A DNA stretch of 64,000 nt, taken from Scenedesmus sp. PABB004. Lineage: Eukaryota. The stretch covers positions 434,001 to 498,000 of the forward strand of contig JABVCE010000016.1 in the NCBI GenBank assembly GCA_014905635.1, given 5' to 3'. The translations under genes and the position numbers were made by a program. A model generated the notes under the pieces. The model saw only the letters and a program-made list of their open reading frames with translations. It was not told the DNA's origin and searched no databases. This document shows, in pieces, positions 16,301 to 27,215 of this stretch (position 1 is the stretch's first letter; every line of letters begins with the position of its first letter).

Positions 16301-18074
16301 ACCCTGGTTTGTGGTGTGGCGTCGCGGCGTGCTGCCGCGCGTGCGCGCCACTTGGCGGCGTGGGGCGCAGGGCGCGCCCCTGCCAGGCTCAGCCCCTGCC
16401 TGCCACTTGGCACAAGTGGCAGGACGAGCCTCGGCAGGTTCACACGGCTCGCTCAGGCGGCTTGCTCGCGCGCTCGCTCAGGCGGCTGCTGGCGCGGCCG
16501 CCAGCCGCGCTGCGGAGCTGCGGGCTCAGTCCAGGCCGCTCAGCCGTGCGCGCGCGCGGCAGCTGTTGCACCCTTTGCTTGCGCTGGGCTGCAGACTCGC
16601 GGTGCTCGCGGTGCTCGCGAACAGCCAGTCGCGGGGCAACACGTCGCGTGCAAGCTATGTGCGCCGCTGTGCTGACGCGGCGCGCGGCACTCGCGCGCAG
16701 GCAGCGCATCGGCCAAGCACCACATCGCTCGACACAGGCCGCGACGCCGCACGCCGCATGCAACGCACGGCCCAGCACTGCGCTCGGGGCCACAGCCGCG
16801 CTGTACCTGGCCTGCGGTCTTCACGCGCTTGGCCGCCGCGTCCGCTGCCGCCTGGCGCTCCCCGGCGGGCTTGGCGCTGCGGCGGCGGGGCGGCGGCGCG
16901 GCGTTCGCCGCAGGCGCTGCGCGGGCGCGCGGCCGAGGCTGCGCGCCGGCGGGCACACTGGCCGGCAGCCGCGCCGGCCGGCGGCGCCGCCCCGCGCACC
17001 TGCTGCCGCCGGCGCCGGCCTTGGCGCCCGCCGGCGGGAGGGTGCGCATCCACGCGGCCACGACGTCGCGCGCGAGGCGGCGCACGTCGCCGCTGTCGTG
17101 CTTGCGCAGCGCGCCGACGACCTTGGCCGACTTGGTCGCCTGCACAAACGCCCGGCTCACGGGCAGGGCCTTGAGCAGCGCGAGCGCCTCGACCAGGAAC
17201 GCCGCCGCCTCGTCAGACTCCTCCTCCATCGCCGCGAGCATCCAGCCGCTCACCACGTCCACGCCGCCGCGCGCCATGAACTCCGACAGCACCGCCGGCG
17301 CGCTCAGGCCGAGCACCGTCACGGGCAGCGTGCGCGCGAGCGCCGAGCCAAACGCCGGCAGCGCGCGCAGCAGCGGCGCGACCGACGCGGGGTCGCTCAC
17401 GGCGCCGGCGCTGTTGATGTAGGGCAGCAGCAGGTCGGTGTACTTGTCCACGTCGCCGCCGGGGCCGGCGGCGGCGCCGCCGCCGCTGCCGCTGCCGCGC
17501 GGCGCGGGCGCCCGGGGCGGCGCGGCGCCCTTGCGCGCCTCCTTCATCATCTTTTCGCGCACGGTGAGGCAGGCCTTTTTGAGGTGCGGGTTGACGCACG
17601 TGTGGCAGCGCCCGCAGCGCTGGCTCTTGCGGATCTGCGGGAACAGGCTGCGCCGGCGCTTGCGGCTCGAGGAGCGCGAGCCGCTGCGCCCGCCCGCGCC
17701 GTCGTCGTCGTCGTCGCTGTCCTCGCTGCCGCGGCGCCGCTTGGCGCGCGGGCCGGCCCCGGGCCCGCCGTCATCGCTCGGCCCCCCGCCCGCGCCGCGC
17801 GTGAGGCTCTTGGCCCGATCGGCCAGGCTCAGGCCGTCGTCGTCGGAGCTGGACTCGGAGCCGCTGTCGCTGCCGGAGCCGCTGTAGGAGCCGCTGTCGG
17901 ACGCGCTGCCGCTCGAGCCTGCGCGCGGCGACGACGCGGCGCGGCGCGGGGCGGGCGGGCGGCGTGAGGAGGAGGCCGGGGATCGACCGCACCCGGCCGC
18001 CGCGCGGCGCCGCGCAGCCGCGATCGCGCGGCGCGGGGGCCGCGGGCGGCGCGCGCGCAGCAGCGGCGGCGGCA

Positions 18075-18105
<31 letters not shown>

Positions 18106-18286
18106 GCCCGGCGCCAAGGCCCGCGCGCCGCACCCCGCGCGCCCGCACCCACCACCACGCACCTGAGGATCGCTCGGACATGGGCGCGTCGCTCGCGCGC
18201 CGCGCGCGCTCGGCCTCGTCCGGCGTCGGCGCGCCGCCGCCGCTGCTGTCTGCCGCCGCCGCGGCGCCCGCGCCGCGCGGCATCAT
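13367..18286 (-). CDS. PNUTS/PPP1R10-like PP1 regulatory subunit: Cys4 motif, TFIIS N-terminal domain, RVxW motif, Q/P-rich region, C-terminal CCCH finger; ~7 exons
   Basis: Exons join in frame: RCGRCHTCVNPHLKKAC; TND (FMARGGVDVVSGWM...LKALPVS...KVVGALRKH...LARDVVAAW); RRRVCWRAERELVAVRWF; ARMEHARER; CKFFSRGGCPKGDACTFRH. Domain order matches PNUTS. Confidence 0.75.
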
Positions 18287-19306
18287 CGTCGTTCCGCGCC
18301 GCTGCTGCTCGATCGGGGCGGCCGCGGCGCCGGTCCGGCGCTGGGGCGCGCGCTCAGGCGGTGGCGCGGCCCGTGCGGAGCGCGCCGGGCATCGCGGCCG
18401 CGCGGCGGCCGCGCGCGCGCTGCGCCGGCGCCGCCGGCGCCCGGCGCCGCTCGGCGGCGCTCGTCCCGGCGGCGGGTGGCGCCTCGGCCGGGGCGGGGCG
18501 CGCGCTGCGGCGATCGGGGGGCGCGGCGGGCGCGCTCGCGGGGCCTCGCGCCTTCGCGTCCGCGCGGGGCGGCCGCCTGCGCTGCGGGGCGCGTGTGCGT
18601 GCGGGCCGCGGCGCTTTGGGGGCGCGGGACTGGGCGGGGGGCGGCGGGCGGGCGCGTTTTGGGCAGCGAGCGGGCGCGCGCTGAGACCTCGCTGGCCAGA
18701 GCGCCTCCGCATGCGCGCAGCCCGAGGCGACGACGCAGCCCGCCACACGCGCTCCCGCCGCCGCCACCGCCGCACGCCGCGACTGCGCGCCGGCCCGCAG
18801 CTCCGCCAGCTCGCTCCTCTCCGCGGGGCTGCTCTCCCCCGCGCCCGGCACAAGCCCAGCGCCTGTCTGCATCCACCACCAGCGCCCGGGCCCCGCGGGC
18901 GGGCAGCGGAGGCGGGACTCCCAGGCCGACGCAACCGCATCGCCTCCGCGCGGCGCACCGCGGCCCCCGCTCGGCACGGCGCCCCGCAGGCGCCGCCCAG
19001 GCCGCCGCCGGCCACCCGGACCGCCGCCGCGGCCGCCCGGCGCCAGGAGCGCCCCCGCCTGGCAGGTGTGGGGCGCGCCGCTGCCGCGCGCGCGCCGCCG
19101 CCGCGGGGCCGGCCCCCGGGCGCCAGGGCGCGCCGGCGGTCGGCCCGCCCGACCTCGGCGCGGGCGCGCCCGCGGGCCGCGCGGCGCAGCGAGCGCGCGC
19201 GCGTACGGCCCGGCAGCGGCGGCAGCTGCCGCGCCGCGGGCCGCCCACGCGCGCGCCCCGCGCCCCGCGCCGATCGCGCGCAGCGCCGGCGCGGCGCAAC
19301 GGCGCG

Positions 19307-21753
19307 ATGAGCGGGGTGCAGCCGCCGGCCAACCCGGACCCGCTGCGCGAGACGGCGCGCTACACAAAGGTCGCCGACCTCAGCCACGGCAGCTTTGGCT
19401 TCGTGCAGCTCGCGCGCAACACGGAGACGCAGGAGCTGGTGGCGATCAAGTTCATCGAGCGCGGCGACCGCGTCAACAGGCGCGCGCGCGCGCGTCGCGG
19501 CGGCGGCGGCCGCAGCGCCGGCGCGCAGGGGCGCCGGGGCCTGTGCTGGCCCTGCTGGCCGCGCGCCCCGCCGCCGCCCACGCGCTCGCCCCCTGCCCCC
19601 GGACCCGCAGGTATGTCGAGGCGGAGATCCTGAACCACCGCATGCTGCGGCACCCGCACGTCATCGAGTTCAAGGAGGTCTTCATCACGAGCGAGTACAT
19701 CTGCATTGCCATGGAGTTTGCCAGCGGCGGCAGCCTCTTCACGTGAGCCCCCGCGCGCGCCGGGGCAGCAGTGGGCGCGGGGAGCAGCAGCGGGCGCGGT
19801 GGCGGCGCGGCGCGAGGAGCAGCGGCGCGAGCAGCGCGCGGAGGGCGCGGGGCGCTCACGCGCCGGCCGCCGGCCGCGCGCCGCGCAGGTACGTGCAGCG
19901 CGCGGTGCGCTTGAAAGAGGCGGCGAGCCGCTGGTTCTTCCAACAGCTCATCATCGGCCTCGACTACTGCCACCGCCGCGGCGTGGTCAACCGGGACATC
20001 AAGCTGGAGAACACGCTGCTGCAGGCGCGCCGCGGCGGCGCGGCCAGCTGCCAGCTCGCAGCGCGAGCGGCGCGGCGCTGGCAGCGGCGCGGCGCCGGTT
20101 GCGCCGCCCCGACCGCCGAGCGCCGCCCGCCCGCCGCGCGGCCGCCGCGCCGGCCGCCGCAGATGGTGCAGGGCCTGCCGCTGCCGCTGCTGAAGATCTG
20201 CGACTTTGGCTACAGCAAGGCGCACTTCATGAGCGCGCCCAAGTCCAAGGCGCGCTGCGCCGCGCGCGCGCCGGCCCGCGCGCCGGCTCGCGCGCGGGCT
20301 CACGCGCCGCGCCTCTCCCCGCGCGCCCCGCCCCAGGTCGGCACGCTCGCGTACATGGCGCCCGAGATCATCCGCGCGACCGGCAACTACGACGGCAAGA
20401 AGGCTGACATCTGGTGCGCCGCGCCGCGCCGCGCACCCACCTGACGCGCGCGCGGCGGCGCGCGCCGGGCGCGGGGGGAGGGCGCGCCCGCGCATGCCCG
20501 CGCGCCCGTCGCGGCGGCGCGCTCTCGCGGCGCGCGGCGCGTGCGTGTGACCTGTGTGTGTCTCCCCGCGCGCGCGCAGGAGCTGCGGCGTGATGCTGTA
20601 CGTGATGCTGTTTGGGCAGTACCCGTTTGAGACGCAGCAGCCGGGCGGGCCCAAGCTCGAGCCGGACCGGCGCATCCGGACGATGATGGACCGCATCGTC
20701 AACATGCAGGTGGCCTGGGGCTTTGAACGCAGCTTTGAACGGGCGGGCCGCGGGCTCAGGGTTCAGGGCTCAGGGTTCAGGCTCAAGGGGTCCTGGAGAG
20801 GACCGGCGGGGCGCGCGGCTCGCCCGCCCTCACGCGCGCCGCCGCGCGCCGCCGCCGCGGCCGCCGCCGCCGCAGTGGGCCATCCCAGGCGGCATCGAGA
20901 TCAGCGCCGAGTGCCGCGACCTGCTCGGCCGCATGCTCGTGCGCGCGCCGGACGAGCGCATCACGATGGCAGAGATCCACCGCCACCCCTGGTTCACCGC
21001 CAACCTGCCCGTCGAGGTGCGGCGGCGGCGCGTGCCGGCGGCGCGGCGCGGCGGTGGCGGGAGGGGCGCGGGCTCGCGCGCGCGCGCACGCGCGCGTCGC
21101 GCGCCGCCGCCGCCGACCGCCCTCACCGCTGCCGCTCTGCCCCCCCCCCCACCCCTAAACCCTACCCCCCCCCTAAACCCCGCAGGCGGTGTCGATGAAC
21201 GACAGCTACCTCAACGACGAGGACTACAGCGCCGTGCAGGCGCGCGCGCACGCACACGCCCGCCCGCCCGCCCTCTCTCGCCCTCTCTCGCCCTCCCCCT
21301 CTCTCGCCCTCCCCCTCTCCCTCTCTCCCTCTCTCCCTCGCTCCCTCTCTCCCTCTCTCCCTGCTCAACCCTCAACCCTTGGCCCCCGCCCCCCGCCCCG
21401 CCGCTGCCGCCGCGCGCAGAGCGAGGCCGACATCAAGCGCATCCTCAGCGAGGCGCAGACGCCGGGGCCGAACAAGTACAACTTTGACAGCGCCGGCGGC
21501 GAGGGCTACGAGGACGGCATGATCGACGACGCGATCGACGAGGAGTTCAACGAGAACGAGCAGTCGTTCAACCCGGTGCGCGCCGCGTGCGTGCTGCGTG
21601 CGCGCGTGTGCATGTTGTTGCGTGTGCACGCCGCGTGCGTGTGTGTGTTGCGTGTGCGTGTGCGTGTGTTGTGTTGTTGTTTGTTGTGCGTGTGCGACGC
21701 GGCAGAGCACGGTGCGCCCCGGCCGCAGGCAGGCCTGCTGACGCGCCGCCCGC

Positions 21754-21793
<40 letters not shown>

Positions 21794-21837
21794 AGGCCCT
21801 GCGCGCGCAGCAGCGCGGCGTCGCGATGCAGTCGTGA
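19307..21837 (+). CDS. SnRK2-family Ser/Thr kinase (algal SNRK2.1/SAC3-like); 10 exons
   Basis: LSHGSFG, VAIKFIERG, EILNHRMLRHPHVIEFKEVF, NRDIKLEN, LKICDFGYSK, PKSK/VGTLAYMAPE, YDGKKADIWSCGVMLYVML, QSEADIKRILSEA (SnRK2 box), acidic tail. Confidence 0.93.
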
Positions 21838-22485
21838 GAGGCCGCGCGGCCCGGGCGCCCCGCTGCGCGCGCCGGCGGCCGCTGCAACAGCGGCGGCGGG
21901 CGCGCCGCGGGGCGCCGCGGGCGGGGGCGGGGGCGAGAGGGCCTAGGCCAGAACTACCAGGGGCAGGCAGGGCGCTCGCGCCGAACGGCCGCGCCGCTCT
22001 GCGCGCCGCGCCAGCGCCGCGCGCGCGGGCGGGCGGCGGCGATTGACGCGCTGTCGGGCGGCGGGCGAGCGCCGGGGGCGGCGGGCGCCGGCTCCTTGTG
22101 CAGGCAGGTTGGCGCCGTCGGCGGCGCGCGCGGGCGGCGCGCGGCTCCCGGCTGGCCCACGGCTGGCAGCCGCGCGCGCGCACGCCCGCCCCGGCGGCGT
22201 GGCGGGCGCGGGCGACCGCGTGGCGGGCGCGGGTGAATTGGCGGGCGGGCCCGCCCCCGCTGCTGCATGTGCGCGCGCGCCGGGCGGGGGCGTGGCCGTC
22301 CAGGCGCGCCGACGCGGCGGCGGCGCGGGGGGCGAGCGACGGTGGGGGCGCGCGTCCCCCTTGTGTGTTTTGCGGGCCGCGCTGTGTTTCCCGTCTCTCT
22401 CGTACGTCTCATATGCTCTGCGCCGCGCGGCGGTCATCACTGGTAAACGCGTTGCTGCACGCGTAGACGCCGGCCAGGCCGCCCG

Positions 22486-22924
22486 CGCGATGCTGCTGCT
22501 CATCAGCCCCAGCTCCACGCCGGCAAAGGTGGTCACCGCAAAGGCGCAGAGCCAGACGATGAAGTCGCGCAGGTGCAGCTTGAACAGCTCGATCGCCACG
22601 CCCACCTCCACGAGCTGGCTGACGCCGATGATGATGATCGCGCCTGCCAACATGGGCGGCGGCACCGGGGCGGGCGACGGGTTAGCGGGAGGGTTCAGCG
22701 CGGGGTCCCGTAACCAAGAAAACTCAACCCAAAGCGCCTGCAAACTTGCCCATTGTGTTGTACGGCATCAGACGGAAGATGCGCGTCGCGAAGAGCAGCA
22801 CGCACATCACGACCATGCTGCGCAGCGGGCGGCGCGGGGCGGCCGGGCGCAAGAGAGGTTGGGCTCGGGGCGAGGCGGGGCATGGGTGAAGTGGGGCGGG
22901 GCGACAGCCGAGGCGCGCGGGGCG
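22486..22924 (-). pseudogene. Inverted partial copy of the SULTR gene (intron end, exon, GC-AG intron, exon)
   Basis: Reverse complement matches ~40911-41352 and ~46076-46516 with few differences; encodes [23 protein letters not shown] / [14 protein letters not shown]...ELGLMSSSIA (one extra AGC). The rest of the gene is absent. Confidence 0.9.
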
Positions 22925-22979
22925 GTTAACGCGTTGCTGCTGGGCGCACCGCGACAGCCCTGCCAGCACACGCCCGCGG

Positions 22980-24311
22980 TCAGCGCTGGCTGAACCCCAG
23001 GCAGCACACGTAGACGCCGACCAGGCCGCCAGCGAGCGCCGCCGCGGCGGCGAGGGCGGCGAGCGCGCCACGGCGGCGCAGGCGGCATCGCGAGAGCAGC
23101 CAGAGCCAGAATGCCAGCCCGCTCGCGTCGCCCGCCATGAGCATCACGTCCCGCGCGTTGACCGTTGACGCGGCCGCGGCCGGCAGCAGCAGGCCCCAGA
23201 GCACGCGCTCCCGCAGCGCGAGCGCCACGTGCGCCGACGCGACGGCGAGGCCCGCGACCGGCGCGGCCGGCGCGTGGCCGGGGTCGGCGGCCGCGCCGCT
23301 GAGCAGGGCTTGCAGGGCCTGGCGGTCGAGCAGCGACCAGAGGATGCGCACCGGCACGAGCTCAGTCAGCTGGAAGAACAGCTGGCTGAGCAGCATGGGG
23401 TAAAACCTGGCGGCGGTGGACGGCCCGGGCCGTCAGCGGGCTGACGCGCCGCGCCGGCCGGCCGCGCTGCAGCTGCAGCGCGCCGACCTGTCGTTCAGGT
23501 AGTTGGCGACGCACCAGGCGCCTGCGGGTCGGGAGGGGCACGGCGGCGGCGGCGCCGGCGGGCGCGCAGTCGGGCGGGCCAGGCCGCCGCGCGGCCTGCC
23601 AGGCTGCGTGCGGCCCGGGGGCTGCGGCTGGCCCGCGCGCGCGCGCGCTGCGCGCGCCGGCGGCGCCCGCCTGACAGCCGCATGGTGAGCTCGAGCTCGA
23701 GCTCGAGCTTTGAGCTCACCATAGAAGAGAGGGTAGAAGGACAGCAGCGCGGGCGGCACCGCGGCCCAGCTCAGCCGCCCGCCGCGCTGCAGCGCCACCA
23801 GGCGGCGCATCGCCGCGCCGAGGCCGTGCGTCCAGAGCGCCACCCAGGCCAGGATGACCGCCGTGCGCAGCTCGATGTTGAAGTAGATCGACTTGGCGCC
23901 GCCGGTCGCGTGCCGGCCCTGCGGCGGCGGCGGGCTGGTCTCAGCTGGCACGCGCGCGTGCGACGGTCGCGCAGCGCGCTGCCGTGGCGTGAGTCACGCC
24001 GGCTGGGGCCTGTGACGCGCCTTGAAGCGCCCGTCCCAACAGTCGCAGGTGCAGTCGTCGCCGGCGGTGCGCCCGGACGACGCCGGTGCGCTCGTCACCC
24101 AAACGCCCGCGCACAGCACCGCTAGCGGCGCCAGTGGGACCGCAAACGACGCCAGCGTGGCCGCCACGGCGCGTGCGGCGGTCGGCGCAGGCCGCTGCAG
24201 CGCGCCGCCGAGCAGCTGCGCAGCTTTGCCGGGGCCGGCGCCCCCGGGTCCGCCGCCCGCCCAACTGGTGCGCAGTAGCGGCAAGGTGTGCGGAGCGCGC
24301 GGGGGAGCCAT
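22980..24311 (-). CDS. Uncharacterised multi-pass membrane protein (CxCxCWD...YFN...NYLND...QLFFxxTE family); spliced
   Basis: ATG at 24311; exons DDCTCDCWDGRFK / GRHATGGAKSIYFNIELRT...FYPLFYG / AWCVANYLNDR / FYPMLLSQLFFQLTELVP...RDVMLMAGD; several TM helices. Confidence 0.7.
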
Positions 24312-24532
24312 GCGGGGGGAGCTGGGCACGGCCGCGCCACTTGGCGGCAGCGCGCGCTCCAACGCCGTGGCGACTTGGCGAGCGCTGCGGCTGAGCGCTG
24401 CTGCAGCAGTTGGAGAGCTTGCGGGATCGGGGTCGACTCTCACAGCCGCTGAGCTGGCCGTGCACTGCGCGGCGCACACGTGACGGCGGCGTGCCCAGAA
24501 CCTCCGCGCCCCGGCCGGTTCAGCAACAACTC

Positions 24533-25141
24533 TCACACGTCGCTGCGCCAGGCGTGCGCGCAGGTCGCGCACACATACTTCTGGATGGTCGAGCGCTCTT
24601 GGGCGTAGGTTCCGCCGCTCATGATGGTGTGCACCTGCGCCCGCTTCTCGCCGCACGCGGGGCAGCGCACCTCGGTGCTCACGTGCGTCCCGCCGCCGCC
24701 GACGCTCTGGCCCATCAGCTCCTCCCACACGCGCTCCGCGCGCAGCTCCTCGGCGCGCCGCGCCGCGCGCGCCGCCTGCTGCGACGCGGGCGCGAGCGCG
24801 GCGGCGCCGAGCCGCGCAACCTCGGCGACGCCCCGCTGCCCCGCGAGCAGCGCGGCCGCGACGCCGTCGGCATGGCGCAGCCCCGCGGAGAGCGTGCGGC
24901 AGCGGGCCTTATAATCGGCGCTGCCGCCGCACGCGGCGTGCAGCTCCGCCTCGAGCGCGGCCGCCAGCTCTTGCAGCCGCGAGGCCGGCGGCGGCGGCGC
25001 CGCGCGCGCCGGCGTGGCGCCGTCCTGCAGCTGCGCCGCCACCGCTGCGACGTGCGCCGCCAGCGCAGCTCGCAGCATCTCCACGACGCGCGCGCGCAGC
25101 CCTGCCTCGATGCCCCGCTGCGACTCCTGCTGATGCTTCTG

Positions 25142-25217
<76 letters not shown>

Positions 25218-26196
25218 GCCTGCTCCTGCTGCTTGGCCTTGGCAGCCGCCGCTGCTGCGGCCGCCACCTGCGCCCGCCAGGCCGACACCACCTCCGCGGC
25301 CAGCGCGCGGACCTGTGGGTGCGGGTGGTGCGACTTGAGCGCCGAGAGCTGCTTGCCCGCGCCCGTGGCGCGCAGCAGCTCCGCCGAGACTGGCCACATC
25401 AGCAGCCGCCGCAGCAGGCCCAGCGTGCCGTGCGCGTCGCCGGCGTCCGCGCCGCCGGCCTCGGCGCCGGCGGGCCGGCCCGCCTGCTGCTGCGCCGGCG
25501 CCGCGGCGCGCGGCAGGCGGTCGCAGAGCTCGCGCAGGCCCGACGCGACCTGGCGGCGCTGCCGGCTCGCCAGCGCGGCGTTGGCGGCGGCGATGACATC
25601 CGACAGCGGCCGCCCGCGCGCGCCTGCGCGTCGGCGCTCGGCCGGCCGGCCCTGCCGGCCTTGCCGCCGCCGCCGTCGTGGCCGGTGGCCAGGCGGAGCG
25701 ACATCAGCGGCGGCCCCGCCGGCTGCAGCGCCACGGGCCCCGACCACGCCTCCTCCAGGTCCACCACGCGCACCGCCGCGTTGAGCGCGCGCTGCAGCCC
25801 CGCGAGGCCGCCGTGCCCCGGCCGCTGCTGCTCGCCCTGCTGCCCCCGGCCGCCGCCGCCTGCGGCGCGCCCTCGGCCGCGCCGGCCGCCGGCGGCGGCG
25901 GCGGCGCCTCGGCCAGGCGCGCCATCCAGGCGAAGCGGCCGCTCGCCGCCGCTCGCTCGCGGCGCTGCCGCCGCGCGGCCAGCTCGGCCAGCAGCGCAGA
26001 GGCAAATGCGAGCGGCAGCTCCAGCTTCTCGGTGCGCAGCTGCGTGCACAGCGTGGTGTAGGTGTTGAGGTCGCTCGAGACGGCGTCCTGCACGTCCGGC
26101 GGCAGCGTGCCCACCAGCGCCGCGACGCCGCGCACGCTGAGCGCCGCGAGCGCACCACCCAGCGGCGGCGCCGCCGCCGGCGCGCCCTGCTGCTCC

Positions 26197-26251
<55 letters not shown>

Positions 26252-27160
26252 GCGCGATGTGCGCGGCGAGCGCGGCGCGCGCGCCCGCCGCGGCCGCGGC
26301 GGGCTGCAGCACCTCGAGCAGCCGCGCGAGCGCGCCGTCCTGCGCGGCAGACTGTCGCCGGCGCCTGGCGGGCACGCCGCTGCAAAAGGTCGTTGTGCCA
26401 GCATACTCGCCCACGCTGTCGCGGACCGAGCCGACAGAATTGACAAAGTCCACCACCAGCGGCTGCACGCGCGGCGGGTCGCCCCCGCCGGCGCGGCGAG
26501 GGCAGGGGCGGGTGACGCGGCCCAGTACCTGCACCGCGCGCGCGCCAGACAGCGCCCTGCGGCGGCGGAGCGGCGCGGCCGGCAGCGTTGGGCGCCGAGC
26601 GGGCGGGCGGGCGGGCCTTCCCCGGGCGCGCGGCCGGGGCACGCGGGGTGTCCCGCGCCGCGCGCGCCGCGCTGCGCGGGTCAACCAACCGGTCAATGAA
26701 GAGCGCCTTGAGTCGGGGGTCGTCGTAGCCAGTCTCAAACTTGCTGCACACGACCAGCAGCCGCGCGTCGCCGGGGCGCACGCCGCGGGGGTTGATGTCG
26801 CGCTCGCTCACCGCCACGGCCCCCGCCTCGCCCGCCGCCTCGCGCTCGCGCTCGCGCTCGCCGCCGGCGTCCGCGCCCACCTCCGCCTGCTCCGACCCGC
26901 CCTCGCGCTCGCTGTCCAGCTCGCTGCCGGGCTCCCCCGGCGGCTGCGCGCCGGGCGCGCTGCAGGACAGCGTGGACGCGTCGCGGCGCGGCCGCTTCCG
27001 CGCGCCGCCCGGCGGGGCCAGCTCCAGCCGCTCGGGCTGCTGGCCGCTGCCAGGCCCCGGGCCGCCCTCCTCCTCCGAGGCGGTGCCGAGGCCGTCGCTG
27101 CCGGCGGCGTTGCTGTCGCCGCCGCTGCTGCTGAGGCCGTCGCTGCCCACGCTCTCGCCC

Positions 27161-27215
<55 letters not shown>

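Noticed and set aside
16146..16806. Lower-GC segment as an intergenic region or mobile element
   Set aside because: Bounded by GT..AG with in-frame flanking exons; no terminal repeats or transposase seen, so treated as a long intron.
19975..20015. NRD instead of HRD in the kinase catalytic loop as a pseudokinase sign
   Set aside because: Catalytic Asp, Lys, DFG and APE are intact, and NRD occurs in algal SnRK2s as I recall.
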